The translations under genes and the position numbers were made by a program. A DNA stretch of 64,000 nucleotides from assembly GCA_963708855.1 (NCBI GenBank), contig CAVPUM010000003.1, positions 50,407 to 114,406 of the forward strand, in the 5' to 3' direction. Position 1 is the first letter of the stretch, and each line of letters begins with the position of its first letter. The notes below the pieces were generated by a model, which was given only the letters and a program-made list of their open reading frames with translations, was not told where the DNA came from and did no database searches. This document shows positions 8,464 through 22,876 of the stretch, in pieces. The stretch is from an uncultured beta proteobacterium. GTDB taxonomy: Bacteria; Pseudomonadota; Gammaproteobacteria; Burkholderiales; Casimicrobiaceae.

Positions 8464-9720
8464 CAATGCCTTTCGTCACGTTTGCGGCCGCCCCCGAACT
8501 TGACGGCGAGCTCGCGATAGAGCCAGAGGATCGAGTGGAGGCCGAAGAACGCGAACACGCCGAACAGCAGGAACTCCATGAACATGGCGGCGTAGTAGTA
8601 GAGGGGATCGCGGTTCCTGTCGTGCCGGTTCGCGTGCGGATCGATGTTGGCGAAGTTCGCGCCCGCCCCGGCGTGGCAGGCCTGGCATGTCTTGAGCCTG
8701 TTCTCCTTCGACACCTTCGACGCGGGGTTCGCTGCCGGCAGCACCTCGTGCGCGCCATGACAGGAGGCGCAGGTCGCCACCCGCGCGTAGCCGAGTGCCG
8801 TCACCTGGCCGTGGAACGTGTTGCGGTAGGTCGATATGTAATCGGCATGGCAGTTGCCGCATTCCTTGATGACCTCGGTCTGGAAGGACGGCTTGTCGTG
8901 CTCCTGGATCGCGTGCGCGCTGTGGCAGTCCGTGCATCCGGGCGCCGCGAGCATGCCCTCCTGGCGCAGCTTGCCGTGCATGCTCTGGACGTACGCCTCG
9001 CGCTCCTTCTTGTGGCAGCTGCCGCAGGTGTCCGGGATCCGGGCGCGATGGGTGCGGCTCTCCGCTTCGCCCTTGGCGCGGATGTCGTGCGCGCCGTGGC
9101 AGTTCGTGCAGGTGGGCGCCGAAGCCTGCGCCGCACCCTGGAGCGCCTTGCCGTGGATGCTGTCGTGGAACTTGCTGCCGATGTTGCCGCCGGGCAGCTT
9201 GCCCTTGGCCACGACGGCATCGCTGCCGTGGCACTTGCCGCAGGTGGCCTCGACGTTCGCGTGATTCGTGCGCGAATCCTCGCCCTTTGCCCGCTTGATG
9301 TCGTGCGTGCCGTGGCAATCCGTGCAGGTGGCGGCGACGGCGTTGCCGCCCTTGCGCGCCAGCGCCGTGCACGGTCCCCGCGTACTCCTTGACCGCCTTG
9401 CTCGTGGCAGGTCGCGCAGTTGACCGGCTTCAGCTTGTCGGGATGCGGGAGCTTCGTCGGCCGAGACATCCGCGTGGCAGTCGGTGCATTTCAGCTTGAG
9501 TTCGCCGTGCACCGACGCGCCGAACTTCGCTCCGTCGACGGCGATCGACTTGCCGCCCGCGCCCTTGGCGTCGGCGGCGGCATGGCACATCTGGCAGGTT
9601 TCGTTCGGGTTCGGGGGCGCCGCCGGGGCTGCCGCCCGGGTTGCTGCCGGCGCGGAGGCGGCGGCAGCGAGGCAGAAGACAGCCGCACAGGGCCTGAAAT
9701 ATTGTTTTGGCGAGAATCAT
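8463..9720 (-). pseudogene. 11-haem cytochrome c with C-terminal membrane anchor, frame-disrupted (about 4 breaks; may be assembly indels)
   Basis: ATG 9720 and leader MILAKTIFQALCGCLL. Motifs CQMCH, CTDCH, CATCH, CTDCH, CGKCH, CTNCH, CGSCH, CTDCH, CGNCH, CASCH, CQACH. C-terminal helix FMEFLLFGVFAFFGL. The colinear reading needs frame changes near 9670, 9455, 9400 and 9370. Confidence 0.7.
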
Positions 9721-9925
9721 CCGATATCCCTGCGAGGGACGCGCGGCACACACCGGCCGCGACCCGCGCATTGCGCGGGCCCGGGGCGCACCACTGGCGA
9801 ATGGTGTCACCCGGTTCCGCCCCGCGGTCTTGACCTGTGTCAATCCGCGCCGCTCGACGCCGGGATTCGCCGCGACCGGTTGCCGGGATGGCGCGCGAGT
9901 CCCCGGACCAACGCGGTTCAAGGGT

Positions 9926-10909
9926 TCAGTCGCCTCGCACGCGTCCTTCGCGGACCAGCGCCGTGTAGAGCTTCACGTCGGCTTCGATGCGCGCCGTCAG
10001 CTGCTGCGGCGTCGACGGGGTCACCTCGAAGCCGGCCGCTTCGATCCGGCCGCGCACCGCCGGCGCCGCCAGCGCATCGACCACCTCGCGCTGGATCGCC
10101 GCCAGTACCGCGGGCGGCGTGCCGGCGACGCCGACCAGCGCCGCCCACGGCCGCATCTCCACCGCCGGCCCGCCGGCTTCGACGATGGTCGGAATTTCCG
10201 GCGCCTCGGCCAGCCGCGCCGGCGCGGCCACCGCCAGCGCCTTCATCTTGCCGCCCTTGAGGTAGCCGCTCGCCGAATTGAGCCCGAACACGGTGAAGTC
10301 GACATCGCCGAGCGCCACCGCGGTGAAAAGAGCGCCCGCCTCCTTGAACGGAACGTGCAGCATGTTCACGTTGGCCGCCCGTGCCAGCGTTTCGACGCAC
10401 ATCTGCGTCGGGTGGCCGTTGCCAAGCGAGGCGTAGCTCACCTTCCCCGGCTGCCGCCGGGCGTCGGCCAGCATCTCCGCCACCGTGGCGTAGCGGCTCT
10501 TCGACGCGACCAGGATCAGGAACGTGGCGCGAAACAGCAGCGATATCGGCACCAGGTCTCGCGCAGGATCGTAGGGCAGCGACGCGTGGATGAGCGGATT
10601 CACGGCGAGCGTACCGGTGTCCCCGACAAACAGCGTGTGGCCGTCCGGCGGCGTGTTGCGCACGTCCGCGAACGCCACGATGCCGGACGCCCCGGGCTTG
10701 TTGTCGACGATCACCGGCTGGCCCCAGCGCTGCGCCAGCCGTTCGGCCAGCGCACGGGCGACGAGGTCGGGTCCGATGCCGACCGAGTACGGGACGACGA
10801 TGCGCACGGTGCGCGCGGGAAATGCGGCGGCCGCGATCGCGGCGCGCGGCGCCAGCGCGCAGCCCGCCAGCGTCACGAGCATGCGGCGGCGCGTGGTGAC
10901 GACAGCCAT
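9926..10909 (-). CDS. Bug/TctC-family tripartite tricarboxylate transporter substrate-binding protein
   Basis: 327 aa. Leader [55 protein letters not shown]. Starts 14 nt after the metH stop. Confidence 0.85.
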   Translation of the reverse strand: MAVVTTRRRMLVTLAGCALAPRAAIAAAAFPARTVRIVVPYSVGIGPDLVARALAERLAQRWGQPVIVDNKPGASGIVAFADVRNTPPDGHTLFVGDTGTLAVNPLIHASLPYDPARDLVPISLLFRATFLILVASKSRYATVAEMLADARRQPGKVSYASLGNGHPTQMCVETLARAANVNMLHVPFKEAGALFTAVALGDVDFTVFGLNSASGYLKGGKMKALAVAAPARLAEAPEIPTIVEAGGPAVEMRPWAALVGVAGTPPAVLAAIQREVVDALAAPAVRGRIEAAGFEVTPSTPQQLTARIEADVKLYTALVREGRVRGD

Positions 10910-10923
10910 TGGCTCGGGCGTCC

Positions 10924-14628
<3,705 letters not shown>

Positions 14629-14785
14629 GGCGGGCGATGGAGGCGGATTCGAGTCTTGGATTCTAGCATTGGCAGCGACCCCGTCCGTGGCGCCCGGGCA
14701 CCGGATGCCCGACCCGGCGGACCGGTTATAACGGCCCAACCAACGAGCCTAACGCGCCGCAATCCCGCGTGTTAAATTGATCGCC

Positions 14786-15172
14786 ATGAAGCACATGAAA
14801 CCACACGAAGCCGCCCAGTTCCTTCACGACAATCCGTCGGCGGTCTTCATCGACTGCCGCAGCGAGATGGAGTACTTCTTCGTCGGCCACCCGGTCGGCG
14901 CGCACCACGTCGCGTGGAACGACGGGCCCGACTGGGACATCAATCCCCATTTCGTCGGGCAGGTGAAGAAAGTCGCGAGCATGAACCGGCCGATCGTCCT
15001 CATCTGCCGCAGCGGGCATCGGTCGCTCGACGCCGGCGACGCGCTCGAAAAGGCCGGCTTCGGCGATGTCTGCAACGTCCTCGACGGATTCGAAGGACCG
15101 CTCGACGATACCCATCACCGCGGCAGCGTCTCCGGCTGGCGGATGGAAGGCCTGCCCTGGGAGCAGCTGTAG
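14786..15172 (+). CDS. single-domain rhodanese-like sulfurtransferase
   Basis: Active-site loop CRSGHRS. ATG 14786 (a TTG at 14777 is also possible). Confidence 0.8.
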   Translation: MKHMKPHEAAQFLHDNPSAVFIDCRSEMEYFFVGHPVGAHHVAWNDGPDWDINPHFVGQVKKVASMNRPIVLICRSGHRSLDAGDALEKAGFGDVCNVLDGFEGPLDDTHHRGSVSGWRMEGLPWEQL

Positions 15173-15197
15173 CCTGACAGGCGCCGGCACTTCCGGA

Positions 15198-15716
15198 TCA
15201 CAACGCGAGCGCCATGTAGACCACGCCGCGGCAGCGGGTTGTCGTAATACGCCGCGCATTCCCGGAAGCCCAGCCGGGCGTAGAGCCTTCGCGCGTCGGC
15301 CATCCAGTCGAGCGTGTCGAGCTTGAGCTCCCGGTAGCCGATCGCTCGCGCATCGGCGATCAGCGCCTCCGCGAGCCGGCGCCCCCAGCCGCCGCTGCGA
15401 TGGGCCGGTTGCACGTAAAGTCGCTTCACTTCGCCGATGCCCGGCGCACCGGGTGCAGCCGACACCCCGGCGAGCCGCCGCGTCGAGCTGCCCGATCGGC
15501 CGCAGCGCGATGCAGCCGAACGCTGCTCCGGGACCGCCCGCGAGCAGCAGCCGCCCGCGCGGCGGCGCGTAGGCACCCGGCAAGGCGGCGAGTTCCCGGT
15601 CGAAGCCCTGAAAACAGAGATCGACCTGCAGCCAATGCGCGTACTCGACGAACAGCGCGCGCGCAAGCGCGATGTCGTCATCCGTCGTGGCGAGGCGAAG
15701 GCTGGCCGTCCGGCAC
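15198..15716 (-). pseudogene. GNAT family N-acetyltransferase, frame-disrupted (>=3 breaks)
   Basis: Motif A RLYVQPAHRSGGWGRRLAEAL and YARLGF lie in one frame. The N-terminus (ATTDDDIALARALFVEYAHW..., GCIALRPIG) and C-terminus (VVYMALAL-stop) lie in other frames. Confidence 0.65.
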
Positions 15717-15810
15717 GGTGCGCTCCCCGGCCCTACCCGGCTGCGCCGCGCGCCGCCGGCTTCGCGTCGGGACCGCTCGCCAATTTCATCAGCGCCTCAA
15801 CGCCGGAATC

Positions 15811-16471
15811 TCACTGCGCCTTCTCGCAATTGCCGATCTTCGCCTCGCTGCCCGGGTACGCCGGCGCGAGATCGCGAAGCCGCGCGATGACCGGCGCCTG
15901 CGGATCGCGGATGACGAAAAGCGATCGACACGATCACTTGCTGGCGCGGCCCCAGCCTGGCGTTCGCCGCGCCCAGCCGCACGACCTCGGCAAGCCGGGC
16001 CTTCGCGGCGTCCTCGGTGACGAAGGCACCGAGCGATACGGCATTGCGTTGCAGACTGTTGTCGACGATCGACACGTCGTTGATGCCGCGCGCCCTGGCT
16101 TCGGCGGCCCGACGCTCGGCCTCGGCCCGGTTCGTCGCCGGCGGAAGATAGACCCAGAAAGCCGTGCTGGTCTCGATGCGTCGCTGCGTGAGCAGCTTGC
16201 CCAGCGCGAGCGACTCGAGCTCCGCGAGCGCCCGCGCGCGGTCGCCTTCGGCAATCGGGCCCCACTCGAGGCAGACGTCCGCGAGCGCCGCGACCTTGCC
16301 CGGGCCGAGCGCCGCCACCTGCTGCGGGGTGAGCAACTTGATCTTGTCGGGCTGCACCTGCTCGGCGAGGCGGACGGCTTCGCCGCTTCCCGTCGAGTCG
16401 AGGCGCGTGTAACCGAAGAACGTCACGTTCGCGAGCAGGAGAAGGAACACGACGGTTCGCATCGGGGTCAT
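15811..16471 (-). pseudogene. SPOR domain membrane protein, one frame break
   Basis: TM helix VVFLLLLANVTFFGY. The break sits at the A4/T4 run 15917-15920. The restored tail ...VIRDPQAPVIARLRDL...GNCEKAQ ends at TGA 15811-15813. ATGA overlap with the coaX stop. Confidence 0.65.
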
Positions 16472-17223
16472 TTCACTTCTTCGGCGAGCGCGAGCACGCC
16501 TTCGAGCACGAGATTGTCGATCACCTCCACCGGCGGGTCGAGATGCAATCCGATTTCGGGGGCGGCGCCGCCGGCGAGATAGCAACGGACGTGTCCCGGA
16601 TCGGCATCGATCCGGCGGCGCATCTGCTCGACTGGCGCCGCAGACGGCCTGCACCGCGCCGGTGTAGATCGCGTCCGCCGTGTTGTCCGGAAACGGGCGG
16701 AACGCACCGGCCGGCACCTTGAGGCCCGACGTGTTCTCGGCGAGCGAGGCCAGCATGAGCCGCAGGCCCGGGAAGGATCAGGCCGCCGCGGAAGACGCCG
16801 TCCACGTCGAGCACATCGATGGTGACCGCCGTGCCCGCGTTGACGACGACGCACGCCGGCGGGAACAGATCGGTCGCCGTCGAGCGCCGCCATGCCGCGA
16901 CGAGCGATGCCCACCGGTCCGCGCCGAGTTGCGCGGGCTGTGCGTAGCGGTTGGTGACGCCGCAGGCGGATTCCGATGCGCACAGCCATTCCGGCGTGAT
17001 GCGCCAGCGCGCGAGCTGCGCCTCGATGCGCACGCGCGCAGCCTCGCCGGCGACGTTGACGCCCACGACGCGCGCCGGGGCGCGGCAGATTGTGCCAGTC
17101 GCGCAGCGACAGCGCGCCGATCTCGCTGTTGGGAGTCACGCCGAGCGTCACCCACCCGTGCGGGCCGCGCAGTCCCCATTTCATCCGGCTGTTGCCGGCG
17201 TCGATGACGAGAACCCGGCTCAA
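16468..17223 (-). pseudogene. coaX: type III pantothenate kinase CoaX, frame-disrupted (>=3 breaks)
   Basis: VLVIDAGNSRMKW, VVVNAGTAVTIDV, FPDNTADAIYTGAV and DNLVLEGV are colinear but spread over three frames. TTG start overlaps the birA stop. Confidence 0.8.
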
Positions 17224-18351
17224 TAGCGCACCCTTGGCGCTGCGCGCCGTCCCTCCGAGAGGGACTTCGCGCCTTGGGCGGCCCGGCGGCGCCCACGCTT
17301 GCGCTGACGCGCTGCCGGCATTCGCGCCTTGGGACGGCCCGGCGGCTCATGCGCGCGCAGTGTGATCTCGCCGGAAAGGAACCGCGCGCGGCGCGGGCCG
17401 TCGGCGAGCACCAGCGCGCCGCTCGCATCGACGCCGGCCACCTTGCCGGTGACGCTCGCGCCGTCCGGCAGCAGCAGCCGCACCGCCTTGCCCTGGTACG
17501 CGTGGCGATGCTGCCACTCGGCGACGAACGGCGCAAAGCCCTCCTTCGCGTACAGGTGAAGGACCGTGGCGAGCTCGGCCAGCAGCGCGGCGAACAGCCG
17601 GTTGCGGTCGATCGGCGGGGCCTTTCGTCCGGCGATGGACGCGAGATCGGTGACCGGGACGGGAATTTCCTTGCGGGCGGCCGCGGGAACACGAACATTG
17701 AGGCCCACGCCGATGACGGTCGTCGTCGGACCGAGCGCGTCGCCGTTCAACTCGATCAGGATGCCGCCGACCTTGAGGTGGCGGTGGATGAGGTCGTTCG
17801 GCCACTTGAGCGCCACGTCCTTGAAGCCTTCGGCTTCGAGCGCGCGAACGACGGCGACGCCCACTGCAAGCGACAGCCCGGCGAGGAAGCCCGCGCCCTG
17901 CTCGAACTTCCAGCCCAGCGAAAACGTGAGGCTCCCGCCGGCGATCGCCGTCCACGCGCGTCCGCGCCGGCCGCGCCCAGCCGTCTGCCATTCGGCGGCA
18001 AGCGCGGTCTGGTGCACATCCCGGCGCTGCGCCCGCCGCATGAGCTCCGAGGAGGTCGATTCGATCTGGTCGACGACCTCGATCGCGATAGGCAACGGGA
18101 TTCCCCGCGCCACGGCCACCTCGGCGAGGGAGACTCCGGACTTTCTTGGCGTCGAGGAAATCCGGCGCCTCCAGCAGGCGGTAGCCGCGGCCCTTGATCC
18201 GCTCGAGGGCGAGGCCCGAGGTACCGGCATCCTTCAGGACCTGCGAAACGCGGGCGCGCGTCAACCCCACCTTGGCGGCGAGGTCCTCACCGGAATGGAA
18301 CTCTCCATCGGCAAGTTGGCGCAGCAGCGAGAATCCAAGCGGAGTGAGCAC
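17220..18351 (-). pseudogene. birA: bifunctional biotin-protein ligase/repressor BirA, one frame break
   Basis: N-terminal wHTH LLRQLADGEFHSGEDLA (GTG 18351), GRGRRGRAW loop, KWPNDL. Break near 18140. Basic C-terminal extension. Confidence 0.8.
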
Positions 18352-18497
18352 TTATTCACAGAATGGCCGGAACAGGTCGAAATGTTACACGACGAGGGCC
18401 CCGAAGCGGGGGAGAAACTGGGGTCGGACGCGCCGCATTTCGCCGGCAACGGCCAGGCGCCGCCGGGCGCCGCTCGTCGTAGCTGACCCCGCCGTCC

Positions 18498-19310
18498 TCA
18501 GCCGTCAGGCGGACGGGACGCCAGCAGCTCCAGGACCCGCGAATGCAGCGCCCGTCGCCGCAGGCCACCACCGATCCGCCTTCGTCGCAGCGCCCGCCGT
18601 CCCAGGTGGTCATCGTCCCTCCGGCCGCCTCGACGATCGGCATCAGCGCCTGCACGTCGTAGGCGTGCAGCGACGCCTCGATCACGATGTCGATGAGGCC
18701 CATGGCGAGCAGGCAATAGGCATAGCAATCGCCCCCCCACCGGGTCAGCCGCGAGCCCTCGGCGACGCGGTCGAACGCCGCGCGCTCCCCGGCCGTCCGG
18801 AACATCCTGGGGTCGGTGCAGGCCACGGCCGCATCGCCGACGGTCGGGCAGCGCCGCGTTCGGAGCGTGCGCCGCTCGCTCCCGCGCCGCCACTCGGCCC
18901 TGCCGCCCGCCGACGCCGCGAACGTCTCGCCGACGTAGGGCTGATGCGCCACGCCGGCGACCACGCCCTCGCCGTCGTGGAGGGCGATCAGCGTGGCCCA
19001 GTGCATCTGGCCAAGGATGAAGCTCCGCGTGCCGTCGATGGGGTCGATGACCCAGGTGTATTTCGACGCGCCCTTTTGCCAGCCGTGCTCCTCGCCGCGG
19101 ATGCCGTGATCGGGATACGACGCGCGCGATCGCGTCGCTGATCACCCTTTCGGCCGCGTGATCGGCGATGGTGACGGGGTCGTACCCCGTAGCGCCCCCC
19201 TTGTCCTCCACGTCGAGCGCGGCGCGAAAGTGCGGCAGGATGACATCGCCGGCGGCCCTGGCCGTTTGCACGGCGAATTCGAGGAAGGCGGCGTTCGTGG
19301 CGTTGTCCAT
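18498..19310 (-). pseudogene. inositol monophosphatase family protein (possibly histidinol-phosphatase type), frame-disrupted (>=2 breaks)
   Basis: DPVTIADHAAE, EEHG, WVIDPIDGT and WGGDCYAYCLLA are colinear in three frames. ATG 19310. Confidence 0.7.
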
Positions 19311-19380
19311 GCGGATGCCGGCCCGCGTTCGGCGCGGGCCTGACTTATGATCGCACGCCCGTTCCGGCAGGCGACGATCC

Positions 19381-20301
19381 CTACCCGCGCGGCACGATCG
19401 TCACGCCGGCGAGCTTCTCCTGTGCTTCGATCAGCGAGGCGACGTACTTGTCGCCGAATCCGAGCAGGTTCGCCGTGACGAGGCTCTGGTGCACCGCTTC
19501 GCCGACGATGCACGGCGCCGGCAGCGACTCCGCGACGTGCGTGTAGTAGCGCAGGTCCTTCATCGCATTCACCAGCGTGAATTTGAGGCCGGTGAGGTCG
19601 CCGTTGCCGTCGAGCATTTTGCCCACCATCATCTGGAAGATGCCGGAGTTGACGGCGCCGGCCGAGATCACCTCGTGCAGTTTCCTCAGCGAAAGCCCGG
19701 ACTTCACCGCGACCGCGCAGGCCTCGGCCGTCGCCGCCGCGATCGCCTGCGCGATGAAGTTGTTGATGAGCTTGAGCGTGTGCCCGTGCCCCGGCGGGCC
19801 CGCGTGGATCACGTTCTCGCAGAATGCTGAGAGCACCGGCTTCAGGCGCGCGAACACCGAGTCGTCGGCGCCGACCATCGTGTTGAGCCGCCCCTGCTCC
19901 GCCTCGACCGGCGTGCGCGCGAGGGGCGCGTCGACGAACAGCGCGCGCTTGGCCTCGAAATCCCGCCGGATCGCGGCCGTCGACGCGGGTTCCGCGGTGG
20001 ACGTGTCGACGACGATCAACCCCTCCCGCGCGGCGGCGAGCAGGCCCGTCTCGCCGTAGACGATGGACTCGATCTGCGGCGAGCCGGTGACGCAGAGGAA
20101 CACGATGTCCGATTGGCGGACGACGTCGGCATGTGTCGTCACCTCGCGCGCCCCGGCCGCGAGCAGATCCTCGAGCGGCTTCCGGTTGCGGTGCGCGCAC
20201 ACCGTGAGCGGGTAGCCCTTGGTGACGAGGTTCTTCGCCATGCCGTGGCCCATCAGCCCCAGTCCGATGAAACCGATGCGCGGCTTCGCGTCTGCGTTCA
20301 T
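19381..20301 (-). CDS. NAD(P)-dependent oxidoreductase, 3-hydroxyisobutyrate/tartronate-semialdehyde reductase family
   Basis: Intact 306 aa. Rossmann motif GFIGLGLMGHGMAKNL and a family-typical C-terminal helical domain. Confidence 0.8.
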   Translation of the reverse strand: MNADAKPRIGFIGLGLMGHGMAKNLVTKGYPLTVCAHRNRKPLEDLLAAGAREVTTHADVVRQSDIVFLCVTGSPQIESIVYGETGLLAAAREGLIVVDTSTAEPASTAAIRRDFEAKRALFVDAPLARTPVEAEQGRLNTMVGADDSVFARLKPVLSAFCENVIHAGPPGHGHTLKLINNFIAQAIAAATAEACAVAVKSGLSLRKLHEVISAGAVNSGIFQMMVGKMLDGNGDLTGLKFTLVNAMKDLRYYTHVAESLPAPCIVGEAVHQSLVTANLLGFGDKYVASLIEAQEKLAGVTIVPRG

Positions 20302-20403
20302 GTGTCCTCCGTATTCGCGTTGAGGCGGACGGCGCGAAAGGCCGGGCCGAGCCGGCGAGTCTACCGCATGGCCCGCGACGCGCGGAACGGGTGGCGCGCG
20401 CGG

Positions 20404-21297
20404 TCAGTCGACCGCCGTCGGCTCCTGCGCCGCGCCCTTCGCGCGCCGCCGTTCGTGCAACGTGATCAGGAGCCCGCTGCCGCCTATCACGGCCATCCCG
20501 GCCAATGTCCACGCGTCGGGAAAATTGCCGAACGCGATCCAGCCGATGAGGGTCGCCCACACGAGCTGCATGTACGTGAACGGCGTCAGGGCGGACGCCG
20601 GAGCGCGCTGGAACGCGAGGATGAAGAGAAAATGCCCGATCGTCCCGAGCAGGCCCGCCACGGCGATGAGCGCGACGTCCCCCCAGGGCATCTCCACGCC
20701 GATGCCCAGCCATGGCAGCAGCGCGCTCATCATCAGCGTGCCCACGAGCGCGGGGTAGAACAGCAGCACGCGCGAATCCTCGCCGGCGAGCGTGCGCGTC
20801 AGGATCTGGAACGCCCCGTAGAACACGGCGGAACCCAGCGCCAGCAACGCGGCGCCCTGGAACACCACGGAACCCGGCCGCACGATCAGGAACATCCCGG
20901 CAATGCCCGCCAGCACGAGCGCGATCCTGGGCCGCGTCATCCTTTCCCCGAGAAAGAGCACGGCGAGGATGACGACGAGAATCGGCGTCGCGTAGTTGAT
21001 CGCCGTCGCCTCGGCAAGCGGCAGGAACCTCAAAGCGCTGAAGAAGCACAGCGACGACAGCGGCAGGATCGCGGCGCGCACGAGCTGCAGCCGGATCCGT
21101 GGCGTGCGAAACAGTCCGGCGCCCATCCGCGGCAGCAGCCACAGCAGGATCACCAGCAACTGGACGGCATAGCGCGCCCATACGAGCAGCGGGATCGTAT
21201 AGCGTTCCGCCAGCGCCTTGACGGTCGCGTCGAGCAGCGTGAAACACAGGACGGCCCCGACGATCAGGAGGATCGCGGACAGCGGCACGTGGGCCAT
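20404..21297 (-). CDS. DMT superfamily (EamA-like) transporter
   Basis: Intact 297 aa. About 10 hydrophobic helices arranged as two EamA-like halves. Confidence 0.75.
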   Translation of the reverse strand: MAHVPLSAILLIVGAVLCFTLLDATVKALAERYTIPLLVWARYAVQLLVILLWLLPRMGAGLFRTPRIRLQLVRAAILPLSSLCFFSALRFLPLAEATAINYATPILVVILAVLFLGERMTRPRIALVLAGIAGMFLIVRPGSVVFQGAALLALGSAVFYGAFQILTRTLAGEDSRVLLFYPALVGTLMMSALLPWLGIGVEMPWGDVALIAVAGLLGTIGHFLFILAFQRAPASALTPFTYMQLVWATLIGWIAFGNFPDAWTLAGMAVIGGSGLLITLHERRRAKGAAQEPTAVD

Positions 21298-21446
21298 GCG
21301 GGCGCATCAGCGCGCCCCTCTGCCGATGCGGCCGCGCGCCTCGACCCGGCGGTGCGCGAACGTGGGTGACGCGATCGAACCGGCGGCGATCCGACGGCGG
21401 CGGTACAATTCCAAGGGTCTTGATCCAGCCAGGAAGGGTTCCCATT

Positions 21447-22124
21447 ATGAAGCTCTATTACCATCCCGTCTCCACGGTCAGCCGTCCGATCGTGCTGTTC
21501 GCCGCCGACAACGGCATTCGCACTCGACTACCAGGTCGTCGACCTGATGACCGGCGAACACACGAAAGAGCCTTACAGCGCCATCAATCCGAGCCGGCTG
21601 GTCCCGGTGCTCGAGGACGGCGACTTCCGCCTGACCGAGAGCTCGGCGATCCTCAAGTACCTCGCCGACAAGATCGATTCGCCTGCCTATCCGAAGGACC
21701 TGCGTCGCCGCGCGCGGGTGAACGAGATGATGGACTGGCTCAACACGGGCTTCTACCGCGACTTCGGCTACGGTCTCATCTATCCGCAGATCTTTCCGCA
21801 TCACAAGCGCCCGGGCGACGAGGCGCACGCCGGCAACGGTGGCGTGGGGCAAGGAGAAGGCGCAGTTCTGGCTCGGGGTCCTCGATCGGCATCTGCTCGG
21901 GTCGGGACGGAAGTACCTGTGCGGCGACGACATCACGATCGCCGATTATCTGGGCGCGGGGATGATCTCGCTGGGCGAGGTCGTCCACTGCGATTACTCG
22001 CGCTACCCCAACCTCGCGCGCTGGTTCGAGCGCGATGAAGGCGCGGCCCAACTGGACCAAAGCCAACGAAGCGTTCTACGGGATGGTCGGCGCGTTCAAG
22101 GAGAAGGCGTTCGAGGCCGTCTGA
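21447..22124 (+). pseudogene. glutathione S-transferase, frame-disrupted (3 breaks)
   Basis: MKLYYHPVSTVSRP, SSAILKYLADK, ITIADYLG and PNLARWFERMKARPNW... are colinear in four frame segments. TGA 22122-22124. Confidence 0.75.
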
Positions 22125-22208
22125 CGCGGGCGGATGCCGGTGCGCTCGCTCGGTACGCTCGACCGCAGGCACCGGTTCCGCACGCCACATCGCGCGAGGA
22201 CATCGACG

Positions 22209-22693
22209 ATGATCAAGGGACTGCACCACAACGCCTACCGCTGCCGCGACTCCGAGGAGACGCGCCGCTTCTACGAGGATTTCCTCGGCCTTCCGCTCGC
22301 CGGCACGCTCGCGATCGCCGAGACGAAGACCGGCCGCAAGACCGCCGTGCTGCACACGTTCTACCGGATGGACGACGGCTCGTACCTCGCGTTCTTCGAG
22401 GCGCCGGATTCGCCGTTCGAGTTCAAGGCGCAGCACGACTTCGACCTGCACATCGCGCTCGAAGTCGACGAGCGCGCGCTGCACGAGATGCTCGCCAAGG
22501 GGAAGGCGCAGCGGCATCGAGACCCGCGGCGTCATCGACCACGGCTTCATTCACTCGATCTACTTCCGCGATCCCAACGGCTACGTGGTGGAGCTGACCG
22601 CGAAGACCGCGCGCCACGCGCGAGGAGATGGATCCCGCGACCAACGGGGCGCGCGCGAAGCTCGACCGCTGGCAGAAGGAAAAGGTTCGGTAG
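22209..22693 (+). pseudogene. VOC/glyoxalase family protein, frame-disrupted (2 breaks)
   Basis: MIKGLHHNAYRCRDSEETRRFYEDFLGL, then GIETRGVIDHGFIHSIYFRDPNGYVVEL, then EMDPATNGARAKLDRWQKEKVR-stop, each in a different frame. Confidence 0.7.
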
Positions 22694-22734
22694 CCCCCTG
22701 TTCGAGCGTTCCCGTCGCTTCGGCCCTGCCTGCA

Positions 22735-22758
22735 AAAACGGCCCGCGAGGGCCGTTTT
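22735..22758. terminator. bidirectional intrinsic terminator
   Basis: AAAACGGCCC-GCGA-GGGCCGTTTT. The T-run on the + strand follows the VOC gene, and the T-run on the - strand follows tRNA-Gly. Confidence 0.75.
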
Positions 22759-22761
22759 CGT

Positions 22762-22835
22762 TGGAGCGGGTGAAGGGAATCGAACCCTCGTCGTAAGCTT
22801 GGGAAGCTTCTGCTCTACCATTGAGCTACACCCGC
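22762..22835 (-). tRNA. tRNA-Gly (anticodon CCC)
   Basis: 74-nt cloverleaf. Acceptor GCGGGTG/CACCCGC, D-arm GCTCAATGGTAGAGC, anticodon loop TTCCCAA, T-arm GAGGGTTCGATTCCCTT, discriminator T, encoded CCA. Confidence 0.95.
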
Positions 22836-22876
22836 GCGAGCAGCGATTGTAGCGAATATGGCGCGGCCCGTCGCCG

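Noticed and set aside
14629-14785. Possible SAH, SAM or cobalamin riboswitch in the metH leader
   Set aside because: I compared the minus-strand leader by eye with the SAH, SAM-II and B12-box consensus cores and found no convincing match. A covariance-model scan (Rfam/Infernal) would be needed to exclude it fully.
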